Notes under the pieces: generated by a model
Told to the model about the DNA's origin: nothing
Databases searched by the model: none
Seen by the model: the letters and a program-made list of their open reading frames with translations, nothing else
In this document: piece after piece, positions 40,889 through 50,850 of the stretch
Numbering within the stretch: position 1 is the stretch's first letter
How the letters are laid out: each line of letters starts with the position of its first letter
Assembly: GCA_963804995.1 (NCBI GenBank)
Contig: CAWDSK010000005.1
Coordinates: forward strand, 1,088,001 to 1,152,000
Source of the DNA: an uncultured Acidobacteriota bacterium
Lineage (GTDB): Bacteria > Acidobacteriota > Terriglobia > UBA7540
DNA length: 64,000 nucleotides
Reading direction: 5' to 3'
Program-made: the position numbers and the translations under genes

Positions 40889-42134
40889 TTACCGGACGCG
40901 ATAGAGCATCTCGCCGGCGCGCGGTACTACCAGGATGCCCTCGTCCTCGCGACCTTCCCACTCCTTGAGTTTGACAGTCGCGGGATCAAGGTAATCCAGG
41001 TTGGCATGCTCCGTACGCTCTTTTGAGATGCTGGTGGCGAGTGTCACCCGCACGCGCATTGCCTCCTTGCCCGTTCGAGGGGTCGTACTCACCCAGCCCT
41101 CTGAGGCACGCCAGGTGTCCCAGAACTCCGCCGGGGTAGGATCCGAACTTCTCCCAGTGGGCGCGGAAGTAGCCGAGGGAGTGGAAACCGACTTCCTCAA
41201 TCATCCTGCCGTGCATATAACTGAACTCAGTAATGTGCGGCGCGAAAATTACCACCTCACCGCCATCGGCCACCGCGGGCTCCACCTTGTACATGCCCTT
41301 GGAGCCCGTCCAGATGTCGTCGTAGAGCCGGGGCATCACAGAAAGCACGCGCTGGAAGGGCTTCTTCACGTAGATGACGTGCTTTTGAGCGGAGAGCGCC
41401 GCAGCGGCTTGCCACGCCACCTGCGGCGTGCCGAAATAGATCCCTGACGTTCCTTCCTCCGTCACCACGAGCGCGAAACAAGCCGCCGGCCGGTCAATGA
41501 AGCTCGCGGCGCGGTCGATAATGGCGCGCACCGGCGTGTATCCCGCACCGATGGTCTTGAAGACGGTCAGGAGCGCGCCGAACCAGTGCGTCAGGTTGAT
41601 GACCTCCGGTCCGGCAATGCCGGGGAAGAAATACTTGGTGCCTCCGGAGAAACCGACGACCTCATGCGGGAAGAGCGGCCCGCAGATGAGGAGCTGGTCA
41701 TATTCGTAGATCAGCCGGTTGAGCCGCACCGGCACTTCCTCGGTCAGCAGCCCGCCCGTGAGCTCTGAGATCTCCGCGGCGGGGATCACGCCCAGGGTGG
41801 CAAAGGTGGAAGGATCGTTCCAGTGATGGTTGAAAATTCGGCTCCTGCCGATTTTCCCGTTAATCACCGGGCGGCCGACGTGCCGCGTGAGGTGCTCGTC
41901 GGTCATCGCCGGGTGCGTGCCAAGCGCCACCAGGAAATCCAGTGCGGCCACACGCGGGGCAAGGTTCGCTTCCAGCAAGTCAAACATCAGGGGCATGGGC
42001 ATGGTGCGCGTGCCGTCGGGGATGATGACCAGCACACGCTTTCCATCCACCGCCAGCGAGCCCAGAGCCTCCTCGACGACCCGACTGACCTCTTCCCGGG
42101 TTAAATAGCGATCCGCAAATCCTGTCCCGATCAT
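40889..42134 (-). CDS. LarA-family (nickel-pincer nucleotide-dependent) racemase/epimerase homolog; +1 frameshift at about 41075
   Basis: PDGTRT, ALGTH, NHHW, PHEVVGFSGGTK..FPG; the C-terminus continues in the shifted frame (TGKEAMRVRVTLAT..VVPRAGE). Confidence 0.85.
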
Positions 42135-42147
42135 CAACGACCCCTGT

Positions 42148-43476
42148 TCACGCTCCTTCGACCTTCGTCCTTATGCTTCTGGCTTCCCGCAACGCGTCTT
42201 CGATTTTGTTCAGCGACTCATCGATGTCGGCGAGGGAATGCTGGGAAGAGAAACCATGGTGCATGGTGTGGCCGTAGTCGTGGAAGTACAGTCCCCGGCC
42301 GAGGCAGCCCTTGAGGAAGCGCTTTTCCATCTCGCGATTACTGCGCGCGGCCTGCCGGTAGTTCGTGACAGGCTCGGTCACACCGAAGTAGAGCCCGAAG
42401 CGTGCGCCGATTCCCTGAATGACGGCCGGCACGCCCGTTGTCCGCAGCGCCTCAGCAATCCCTTTGTAAAGCCGATCAGCCAGCACGTTGATGTGTGCGT
42501 AGAAACCGGGCTTGGCGAGTTCCATCTGGCAGGCAATGGCCGCCATCACAGCCGTGAGGTGCCCCGTATAAGTTCCGCTCATGACCGTCTTGCCCAGGGG
42601 ATTCAGCACGGACATGACCTGCTTATTGCCACACACGGCGGCGATCGGAACGCCGCCCCCTAACGCCTTGGCCAGCGTGCAGAGATCCGGCGTGATCCCG
42701 TAGTATTCCTGCGCGCCCCCACGACCCATGCGGAATCCGGACAGGACCTCGTCAAAGATCAGGACAATACCCATTTCCGTACAAATCCGGCGGACCTCTC
42801 GAAGGAATTCGGGGTCGGAAGGAATGCAGCCCTGGTTGTACGAAATCGGCTCCATGATGACTGCCGCCAGTTCGTCGCGATGCGCCCGCACCACGCGCTG
42901 GAAAGTTTCAAGGTCATTGAACGGTGTCACCAGGATGAGCTGCGCCAATTCCGGAGGCATTCCGGCGGATTCGGCGAGGGGCGTGATGGTCCCGTCCGCG
43001 CCGAGTTCACCCACCCCGGCCGCACAGTTATACCAGAGGTAATCGTGCATGCCGTGGAAGTGGCCCTCGAACTTGAGGATTTTGGACTTCCCCGTGTAAC
43101 CGCGGGCAATGCGGATGGCTCCCATCGTGGACTCGGTGCCGCTGTTGGCGAAGCGTACCATCTCCGCGCAGGGAACAGCCTCCGAGACAAGTTCTGCCAG
43201 CCGCGCATGGTATTCGGTTTCGCCGTTGCAGATGACGCCGATATCCAACGCTCGCTGGATGGCTTCCCGGGTGGCGGGATGATTGTGGCCAAGAAAATTA
43301 GCTCCACTGCCCGTGAAGAAATCGATGTACTCTTTGCCATCGACGTCCCACAGGCGCGAGCCCTGGCCGCGAGAGAAATAGAGTGCCTGGCCGAGCAGGG
43401 GATGGAAGCGCCCGCCCGCTCCCACTCCGCCCACCAGGTGCTTCTGGGCGCGCGCGAAAAGTTCGTCAGACTTCAT
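42148..43476 (-). CDS. Class III PLP aminotransferase, glutamate-1-semialdehyde aminomutase (HemL)-like
   Basis: WDVDGKEYID, ANSGTES, KFEGHFHG, LIFDEVLSGFR, PLP lysine in LAKALGGG, SGTYTG. Confidence 0.9.
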   Translation of the reverse strand: MKSDELFARAQKHLVGGVGAGGRFHPLLGQALYFSRGQGSRLWDVDGKEYIDFFTGSGANFLGHNHPATREAIQRALDIGVICNGETEYHARLAELVSEAVPCAEMVRFANSGTESTMGAIRIARGYTGKSKILKFEGHFHGMHDYLWYNCAAGVGELGADGTITPLAESAGMPPELAQLILVTPFNDLETFQRVVRAHRDELAAVIMEPISYNQGCIPSDPEFLREVRRICTEMGIVLIFDEVLSGFRMGRGGAQEYYGITPDLCTLAKALGGGVPIAAVCGNKQVMSVLNPLGKTVMSGTYTGHLTAVMAAIACQMELAKPGFYAHINVLADRLYKGIAEALRTTGVPAVIQGIGARFGLYFGVTEPVTNYRQAARSNREMEKRFLKGCLGRGLYFHDYGHTMHHGFSSQHSLADIDESLNKIEDALREARSIRTKVEGA

Positions 43477-44807
43477 CAGGTCTTCCTCCCTGCCGGCTGG
43501 GCTCCGGGCAGCATGACCGCACCCCGCTGGGCCACCAGCGTCCCATCACGGAAAACCTTTTCGACGGTGCGGAGGGTCCGAACATCCTGGAGAGGGTCGC
43601 CGGCGAGTAAGATGAGATCGGCGCGTTTGCCGGGCTGGAGGGCACCGATTTCACTGTCCAATCCCAGCGCCCTCGCCGCATCAGCCGTGGCCATTTTGAT
43701 GACCTCCATGGGTGTAAACTCGCCGTACCGCACCAGGATCTCCATGGCTCGCGCCAGATCTTGAAACCCCGGCCAGAACGTGGAACCGGGCCAGGGACCG
43801 AAGCCGGCATCGGTGGCGATGAAGACGCAAACGCCTCGCTCGCGCAGGTGACGAAGGAATGGCCACCGCACCTGCAGCAGATTCCGCCACCATTCGTCCT
43901 CCGGAGACGGTTCCGCTTGCCACTCCTCCGGAAAAAAGGACGGCCCCGGCATGATGGCGTGATCCACGCGCACATCGTTCCTGACCATCCAATCGACCGC
44001 GGCCTCATCGGTGACCGGCTTCCGGTCAGGGCCGATCCACGAGCAGTGCTCGATGGTATCGACACCAGCCTCCGCTGCCACGCGAATGCCCGCCGTAGAG
44101 ATGGCGTGCGCCGCCACCTGCAGGCCGTGGCGATGCGCTTCGTCGACCGCGGCGGCCATCTCTTCCAACGTGTATTGCACTCCCCCGATGTCTGTTCCAG
44201 GGCTCGTCGTTCCGCCGCTGGCCACCAGCTTGATGAAATCTACCCTGCGCTTGGCGAGGAAGCGGACAGCCTCGCGAACGGCCTTAGCCCCCTCGGCAGC
44301 CCAGCCCGAGTAAAGGTGGCCGCCCCTGGTTGTGATCGGCCGCCCCGAGGCCAGAATGCGGGGGCCCGCGAAGTCACCCGCGTTGATGGCGTCGCGGAGG
44401 GCCAGAACGCTGTAATCATCCGCCCCGCAATCGCGCAGGGTCGTGACCCCGGCGGCCAGCGCCGTCTGGGCGAAGTGCCCGGCGCGGACAAGTTCGCGTT
44501 CCGCGTTGGGCGGCCGCAAATGGCCTTGCAGCCCATCCTTGTCTGACAGGGTATTCAGCGTCTTGTCCCAGGTCAGGTGGACGTGCCCATCGATGAGGCC
44601 GGGCAGCAGGGTCATTCCCGCCGCATCGAGCGTGGGAACCCCGTCGGGTACAGCGACTTCTTGCGCCGGTCCCGCAGCGACGATCCGGCCGTCCCCTCCG
44701 ATCAGTACCACGCCGGATGGAACGGGCGCGGGCCGGACACCATCAATCAACTGGGCTCCCCTGATGGCCAGCATGCTTTGCTCGTGGCGGGCGGCGTTTG
44801 CAGTCAT
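43476..44807 (-). CDS. Metal-dependent amidohydrolase (prolidase/imidazolonepropionase-like)
   Basis: PGLIDGHVH, GVTTLRDCG, IK, VAAHA, TIEH, ATDAG, GALQPGKRADL; overlaps the next start codon. Confidence 0.9.
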   Translation of the reverse strand: MTANAARHEQSMLAIRGAQLIDGVRPAPVPSGVVLIGGDGRIVAAGPAQEVAVPDGVPTLDAAGMTLLPGLIDGHVHLTWDKTLNTLSDKDGLQGHLRPPNAERELVRAGHFAQTALAAGVTTLRDCGADDYSVLALRDAINAGDFAGPRILASGRPITTRGGHLYSGWAAEGAKAVREAVRFLAKRRVDFIKLVASGGTTSPGTDIGGVQYTLEEMAAAVDEAHRHGLQVAAHAISTAGIRVAAEAGVDTIEHCSWIGPDRKPVTDEAAVDWMVRNDVRVDHAIMPGPSFFPEEWQAEPSPEDEWWRNLLQVRWPFLRHLRERGVCVFIATDAGFGPWPGSTFWPGFQDLARAMEILVRYGEFTPMEVIKMATADAARALGLDSEIGALQPGKRADLILLAGDPLQDVRTLRTVEKVFRDGTLVAQRGAVMLPGAQPAGRKT

Positions 44808-45282
44808 AATTCAGATTTCCTTCGGTGTGTCTCTTCCGCGCCTCTGAGACTTGTTCAGCCTTTTCCCAAGCTACAGTTCACCTAGGGTTTGATTTGGTGC
44901 CTGACCCAGATTGTACTGGAATCGGCGTTCCAAGGCCTCTTGTTTTTGATTCTTCCTTTCTCCCTACGCACGCGAAGAGTCCCCATCTGCCGATAACCGT
45001 AGCGGGGAAGTGCGTCACGGCCGGGGTGGGTCGGTAAGCGCGCCCGTTACTCATCATTCTTAACTCATAACTTGTCACGGGCCTTAGCCAAGCCCGCAAG
45101 GCAACCTTGGTCACAGATGACCAGGACTTCGAGCGCGTGGGCACTGCCCTCAAAATCCTTTGGGTCTGAAGTCGCACGTTGTAGCGCGGGTGTCCCCACC
45201 CGCGATTCGTTCCTGTAGCGGCGCTCTGTGGGTGGGGAGGGTTGAAACAGTAGCGCACCGAGCGCCGGGGTGGTTGAGCCTG

Positions 45283-45960
45283 TCAGGGGGTGGGGGAGCC
45301 CGCGGGCGTGGCGAAGGCGGCGGGCCAGCCGCCGTGGGCTTCGATCACTTTGTCGATTTCGGCCATCAGGCGGATGGTCTCTTTCAGGGCGACGACGATC
45401 TTCTGGTAGTGGGCAATGTCTTCTTCGGAAAGCACCCGGCCGCGGCGGTCCTTCAGCCACTTCTCGCAGACCTGATAGCCGCCGATGTGGAAGTTCCAAA
45501 CGTTTTCGGGAACGCCCTCGAACCAGCATTTGGGGTTGATGTGTACCCTTCCTCTGCGCGAAGCGCTTTGGACTGCGGTCGCGAAGCTGCCGCTTTCATC
45601 TGTGGAATTTCTCGACCCGCCCTTGATTGAGGCGCCGGGTGGGGCGTTCGAACCCAAAGCGGTAGCTTCGCGACCGCAGTCCAAAACGGCTTCGCCGATG
45701 CCCGAGACAAATTTGGGGTAGGCCTTGGCAGCATCGCTCTCGCCCTTGCCCGCGTACTTCGTGATGTGTTTCTCCAGCTTGGGGGATTCCATCAGGTGAA
45801 GGGCGACAAGCTCCCCGCCAAGCTTGGCTAGGGCGCGGAACAATTCCAGGCTTGACGTGAGCGGGAGGCGCGGGAAATCAATCTTCAGAAACTCAGCGTA
45901 GCGCCTCCGGTAACCGGGGCTTTGAAACACTGCGTACGTGTAATGGATCAATACATCTGG
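45283..45960 (-). pseudogene. C-terminal fragment of a type ISP restriction-modification enzyme
   Basis: YTYAVFQSPGYRRRYAEFLKIDFPRLP, LGGELVALHL, VPENVWNFHIGGYQVCEKWLKDR; upstream part is missing. Confidence 0.82.
45559..45694. repeat. Palindromic REP-like element inside coding sequence
   Basis: TTTGGACTGCGGTCGCGAAGCTGCCGCTTT...AAAGCGGTAGCTTCGCGACCGCAGTCCAAA; related to 56710-56819. Confidence 0.85.
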
Positions 45961-46134
45961 TGAGCGCGTGATTTGTTCTTGGATACCTGTAGCGACCATC
46001 GGGGAACCACTGGAAACATAGCGGCGGCCTCACGCCGATAGCGGGCAGGCAGTACAATCCTGCGTGGCCTTTTCTCCCGCCCGATGCCCCACCGTAGCTA
46101 ACAGCTAAAAGCTAACAGCTCTCAGTTTTCTGTT

Positions 46135-46258
46135 GTAGCGCGGGTGTCCTCACCCGCGTCTTCGAGGTAACGAGACACGTACAGCGCGGGTGGGGACACC
46201 CGTATTAAACGCGGGTGGGAACACCCGTATTAAACGCAGGTGGGGACACCCGCGCTAC
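46135..46258. repeat. GTAG-type REP pair with a 25-bp tandem triplication; another copy at 45181-45204
   Basis: GTAGCGCGGGTGTCCTCACCCGCG, then an inverted copy CGCGGGTGGGGACACCCGTATTAAA repeated about three times and ending CGCGCTAC. Confidence 0.8.
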
Positions 46259-46380
46259 AAGCCCACGGCTCACCGCCGACAGATGGGACCGGGTTTAGGG
46301 ATTAGGGGCTAGGATTCAGGATAACTCCTGGCTTCTGGCTCCTCACTCCTAGCTCCTGACTTGTGGCTCCCAGCTCCTAG

Positions 46381-48395
46381 CCTGCCTTTCGCACTTCCAC
46401 CCGCTACCGGGCTGATTTTGGCAGCTTGCGGTGCACAAGGTCTTTGCCTTCAATGGGCGCGGGTTGAAGAGTGCTTGTAGGCCCGACCTACCCTCTTTTC
46501 TGGGGCGCGAAGGTCTGGCATTCTGGGGCGTGCACCTGAAGATTCATCGACGCAAAAAGGACGGCAAGGAACATCGTTATTTCAGCATCGTCGAGAGTCG
46601 GCGCGTGTCGCGCTCGAAGGTCGTGCATCGGACGGTGCTGTATCTGGGCGAAATCAACGACAGCCAACAATCCGCGTGGCGCAAGACGCTGGAGGTTTTT
46701 GACGAGGACCGTCGCGTCCTCGCGTCCCTGAGCCTCTTCCCGGAGGACCGCGAACTTCCTGCGGATGCTGTGGACGGCGTACAAGTGAAGTTGAGTGAAA
46801 TGCGCGTTGAGCGGCCGCGCACCTTCGGTGGCTGTTGGTTGGGCTGCGAGCTGTGGCGCCAGTTGAAGCTGGACGAGTTCTGGCAGGCGAGGTTGCCGGA
46901 AGGGCGCGAGGGAGTTCCGTGGGAGAAGGTGCTACGGCTGCTGGTGGTGAACCGGTTGATCGAGCCGGGCAGCGAATTCCGTGTGCATCGGCACTGGTTC
47001 GATCAGACCGCCATGGCCGAGTTGCTGGCAGTGAACTTCGCGGTGGCCGAGAAGGACCGGCTCTATCGTTGTCTGGATCGAATACTGGCGCACAAGGCGG
47101 AGTTGTTCCAGCACCTGCGGCTGCGGTGGCAAGACCTCTTTGCGGCGCGCTTTGATCTGCTCCTCTACGATCTCACCAGCACCTATGTGGAAGGAGAGGC
47201 GGAAGCGATTCCCAAAGCCCGCCACGGTTACAGCCGGGACGGGCGGTTCGACTGTCGGCAGGTGGTGATCGCCCTGGTGCTGACGCCGGAAGGTTTCCCG
47301 CTGGCCTACGAAGTGATGGAGGGGAATACTTCCGACCGGAACAGCTTGCGCGGTTTTCTGGACAAGATCGAGAGCGTGTACGGCAAGGCACGGCGGGTGT
47401 GGATGATGGATCGGGGAGTTCCCAGTGAAGAACTGCTGGCGGAGATGCGCACCCCGGGGCGGGAGATGTTTTACCTGGTGGGGACGCCACGGGGCAAGAT
47501 CCGGCAGTACGAAGCGAAGTGGACGGAACTGCCGTGGCGGAAGGTGCGCGAGTCGGTAGAGGTGAAACTGTTCGCGGAGGAAGGCGAGTTGTATGTGCTG
47601 GCGAAGAGCGCAGGCCGCCAGGCGAAAGAGATGGCCATCCGTCGACGCAAGCTGGCACGGCTGTTGTGGAGGCTGCGGGCCTTGCGGCGCGTGTGTCCGA
47701 CGCGTGATGCGTTGCTGATGAAGATCGGAGCAGCCAAGAGTGAAGCCGGACGGGCCTTCGGTTTCGTGAAGATCAGCGTGCCCAAGGCCCAGGAAGAAGT
47801 GACTCGCCAGACCTTCCAGTTCCGGCTCGAGCGCAGCAAGTTGGAGGAAGCGGAGCGGCGCGATGGACATTATCTGTTGCGCACCAATCTGACGGGGGAA
47901 AATCCCGAGGTGTTGTGGGACCGCTACATGCAACTGGCGCAGATCGAAGCGGCCTTTAAGTGTTTGAAGAGTGAGCTGGGAATTCGGCCGATTTATCATC
48001 AAATAGAACATCGCGTCGAGGCCCACATCCTCATTGCCTTTCTGGCGTACGGCTTGTGGGTGACGCTGAAACAGCGTCTGCAGGCCCACGCTCCGGGCCT
48101 GACGCCGAAAGCGGTGCTGGAGAAGCTGGCGGGCATGCAGATGCTCGATGTGTCTTTCCCGACCACGGATGGGCGCCGATTAGTGATGCCCCGCTACACC
48201 GAGCCGACACCCGAACAAAAGCTCCTGTTGCACGAACTGCAGCTCGTGCTCCCCACTCAGCCACCGCCCAGGATCACGGTCCAGCCGGAAATCTTTCCTG
48301 CTGGAATGCTGCGTTTGTAGGCCAGACCTTGGCAATGCCTGTACTGAAAAGAAGCGAGTTAACCCAACTCAACACCCTGAAGTGCGAAAGTTCGG
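46381..48395 (+). mobile_element. IS1634-family insertion sequence
   Basis: Imperfect TIR CCnnnCTTTCGCACTTC at both ends, flanked by CTAG on each side. Confidence 0.9.
46530..48320 (+). CDS. IS1634-family DDE transposase
   Basis: LYDLTSTYVEG, GYSRDGR, EGNTSD, MDRG, YLLRTN, IEAAFKCLK..RPIYH..RVEAH. Confidence 0.93.
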   Translation: MHLKIHRRKKDGKEHRYFSIVESRRVSRSKVVHRTVLYLGEINDSQQSAWRKTLEVFDEDRRVLASLSLFPEDRELPADAVDGVQVKLSEMRVERPRTFGGCWLGCELWRQLKLDEFWQARLPEGREGVPWEKVLRLLVVNRLIEPGSEFRVHRHWFDQTAMAELLAVNFAVAEKDRLYRCLDRILAHKAELFQHLRLRWQDLFAARFDLLLYDLTSTYVEGEAEAIPKARHGYSRDGRFDCRQVVIALVLTPEGFPLAYEVMEGNTSDRNSLRGFLDKIESVYGKARRVWMMDRGVPSEELLAEMRTPGREMFYLVGTPRGKIRQYEAKWTELPWRKVRESVEVKLFAEEGELYVLAKSAGRQAKEMAIRRRKLARLLWRLRALRRVCPTRDALLMKIGAAKSEAGRAFGFVKISVPKAQEEVTRQTFQFRLERSKLEEAERRDGHYLLRTNLTGENPEVLWDRYMQLAQIEAAFKCLKSELGIRPIYHQIEHRVEAHILIAFLAYGLWVTLKQRLQAHAPGLTPKAVLEKLAGMQMLDVSFPTTDGRRLVMPRYTEPTPEQKLLLHELQLVLPTQPPPRITVQPEIFPAGMLRL

Positions 48396-48399
48396 CTAG

Positions 48400-48612
48400 C
48401 TTCTGACTCCTGGCTTCTATCCCCCAGCCCCGTATCCCGTAACCCGTATCCCGTTTCCCGGCCCCGTATCCCGAGTCGCGAATCCCGATTCCAGATTCCA
48501 GATTTGAGATTGCCAAGTCCCGAATCCCGTATCCCGTGTCCCGTATCCCTAGTCCCGAATCCCCAGTCCCGGGTCCCGGGTCCCGAACCCCGTATTCCGG
48601 CTCCCGAGCCCT
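48400..48612. repeat. Degenerate heptamer tandem repeats (CTCCTGR, CCCGTAT, TTCCAGA types); related tracts at about 46295-46380, 55960-56065 and 63485-63550
   Basis: Visible 7-nt periodicity, e.g. CCCGTAT CCCGTAA CCCGTAT CCCGTTT. Confidence 0.8.
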
Positions 48613-48764
48613 CGCCCCTCGGACATTATGGCCCCCGGGGGTGTCCCAGAAGTAGCCCATAGCGGGGTGTAGCGAGCGAGGTCCCACCAAAAAGCCCCTA
48701 TGTGGGACTGGCAATCCCACGCCATTCTCCTTTCCGTCCTGGACGGAAGCAGGGCCCGCGGCGG

Positions 48765-49870
48765 CTCACCCCTTTGAGCATAAGGTGATGGTTCGTCCGA
48801 CTGACTTTCGTCCAATCCGGCCGGCAAATCCCAATGTGCGGCAACAATTCCAAGAACTCTACGCGGAGCTGATTGCCGATGAAGAGCGCAATCGGCTTGT
48901 CCACGATGACGTTATCCAAACCCTTCGGGAGGGACGGTCGCCGCTAGTGCTGACCGAGCGAAATGAGCACCTGGATTCTTTGGCCAAGCAGTTGGGACCC
49001 GCGGTGCGACATCTCGTGGTGCTTCGAGGCGGGATGCGCAAAAAGGAACTTGACGCGCTCCCTTCCCGTTTGGCCGCCATTCCGGCGGGGGAGGCTCGCG
49101 TGATCCTGGCCACGGGCCGTTATGTGGGCGAAGGTTTCGATGACGCCCGGCTCGACACCTTATTTCTGACGCTGCCTATTTCGTGGCACGGGACCATCGC
49201 GCAATACGTGGGTAGGCTGCATCGCCTGTACGACGGCAAGCGCGAAGTGCGCGTCTACGATTACGCCGATCTCAACGTGCCGATGCTGGCGCGGATGTTC
49301 GATCGCCGTTGTCGCGGCTATGAGGCGATTGGCTACAAGATCCAACTTCCGGGCAGCGCCGTGCCCGGCGGGCCTGCGGACGTGCCACTTCCCATCGATC
49401 CCGAATGGAAGAGCCAATACGCGGCCAGCGTGCGTCGCTTGGTGCGCGATGGCGTAGATTCTCTCCTGGCAAACCTGTTTGTTAACGTTGCCATAATGCC
49501 GTCTCCGAATGCCGAGGGCGCCAATCGAGCGCGAAGCGCCAGCGAGGCATTTCTATATCGCCGACTCGAAACTTTGGCAGCAACAACCGGGAAGTTTCGT
49601 TTGAATGTGGAGTTGCCGATTCCGTTCGATGGCTGGGGCCACATGGAGGTTGATCTGCTTTGCGTACCGTCCCGAATCGCCATCGAATTGGACGGCGGCC
49701 AGCATTTGGGCGACGCCGACGCCTACCGGCGAGACCGTCGCAAGGATGCGTTGCTTCAGGAGAACGGCTATCTGGTTCTCCGATTCCTCGCCGAGGACGT
49801 TGGCAAACATCTCGATCAAGTCTTGGATGCTATTCTGCGGGCTTTATCACATCAAGGTGCCAGAACCTGA
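48765..49870 (+). pseudogene. C-terminal fragment of an SF2 helicase fused to a DUF559/Vsr-like endonuclease domain
   Basis: LVLTERNEHL, ATGRYVGEGFD, QYVGRLHR, VYDYAD; EVDL..IELDGGQH..RDRRKD..GYLVLRF; Walker A/B half is absent. Confidence 0.8.
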
Positions 49871-50019
49871 CATGAACTGGCCTCCGCAACACCCTGTGCG
49901 CAACCTGCGCCCAGTTTGGGGCAATTGCCCCAGCCTTCTGAAAGGAACATCTCCATACGAACGCGAATGTTGTGGCAATGGCACCTTATAAGGCGGCAAC
50001 TGCCCATTGTCCTGGTCAG

Positions 50020-50196
50020 ATCGCGGTAGTTGATTCCATCGAAGTGCAGCCAAATGTGTTTGCCTTGCCATTCCGGTGGCAACTCGAATTCTTTACGGTA
50101 CCACCAAGCAGGCTTAAAGGGGCTATCGGCCGGCATGGGCAGATTGGAAAAATTCTCCCCGGTCGAAACGGGCGGCGTCTTCTCGCCGCTAGCGCC
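50020..50196 (-). pseudogene. Internal fragment of a GH2-family glycosidase (sugar-binding N-terminal region)
   Basis: FSNLPMPADSPF..WWYRKEF..GKHIWLHFDGINYR. Confidence 0.65.
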
Positions 50197-50850
50197 TAAA
50201 GGAGCCCCCCCGGCTTTGCCGGGGAGGCAGAAAGAGTTTGACAGATCCGGGAGTCCATCGCAGAAACTCCAGCCGTGAGCCGCCAAAGCACACGGAAAAG
50301 GAGATCCGCGATGGACCAGGCAAGAAGCCTAAACCATACGAAGTGGGAGTGCAAATACCATGTGGTGTTCATTCCGAAGTGTCGGCGGAAGGTGTTGTAC
50401 AAGGAATTGCTGCGGCATTTGGGGGAAGTGTTCCGGCAGTTGGCGGGACAGAAAGAGAGTCGGATCGAAGAAGGGCATCTGATGCCCGACCACGTGCCCA
50501 TGATGATTGCGATTCCACCCAAGCACGCGGTGTCGCAGGTGATTGGGTATATCAAGGGCAAGAGCGCGATTCATCTGGCGCGGGTGTATGGCGAACGCAA
50601 GAGGAATTTTGTGGGCCAGCACTTTTGGGCACGAGGATTCTACGTGTCCACGGTGGGGCGAGATGAGCAAGCGGTGCGGGAATGCATTCGGGAACAGGAA
50701 GAGGAAGACAAGCGACTGGACCAAATGGGCCTGTGGTGAGAGCGCCACCTGAGGTGGCGCGCAACCCTGCGGGGCCGCGTCAGCGACCCCGCCTAGCCGC
50801 TTTGAGCGGCTCACAAACTAAAGCCCCCGGCTTTGCCGGGGGATACTTAC
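50197..50850 (+). mobile_element. tnpA: IS200/IS605-family element carrying only tnpA (50311-50739), catalytically degenerate
   Basis: Subterminal hairpins CCCCGGCTTTGCCGGGG at both ends; KYHVVFIPK.RRK, IKGKSA, FWARGFYVSTVG; HUH reads HVP and YxxxQ reads CIREQ. Confidence 0.88.

Noticed and set aside
46185..46258. Three 25-bp direct repeats resembling a mini-CRISPR
   Set aside because: The units are contiguous with no unique spacers and there are no cas genes; this is a tandem amplification of a REP arm.
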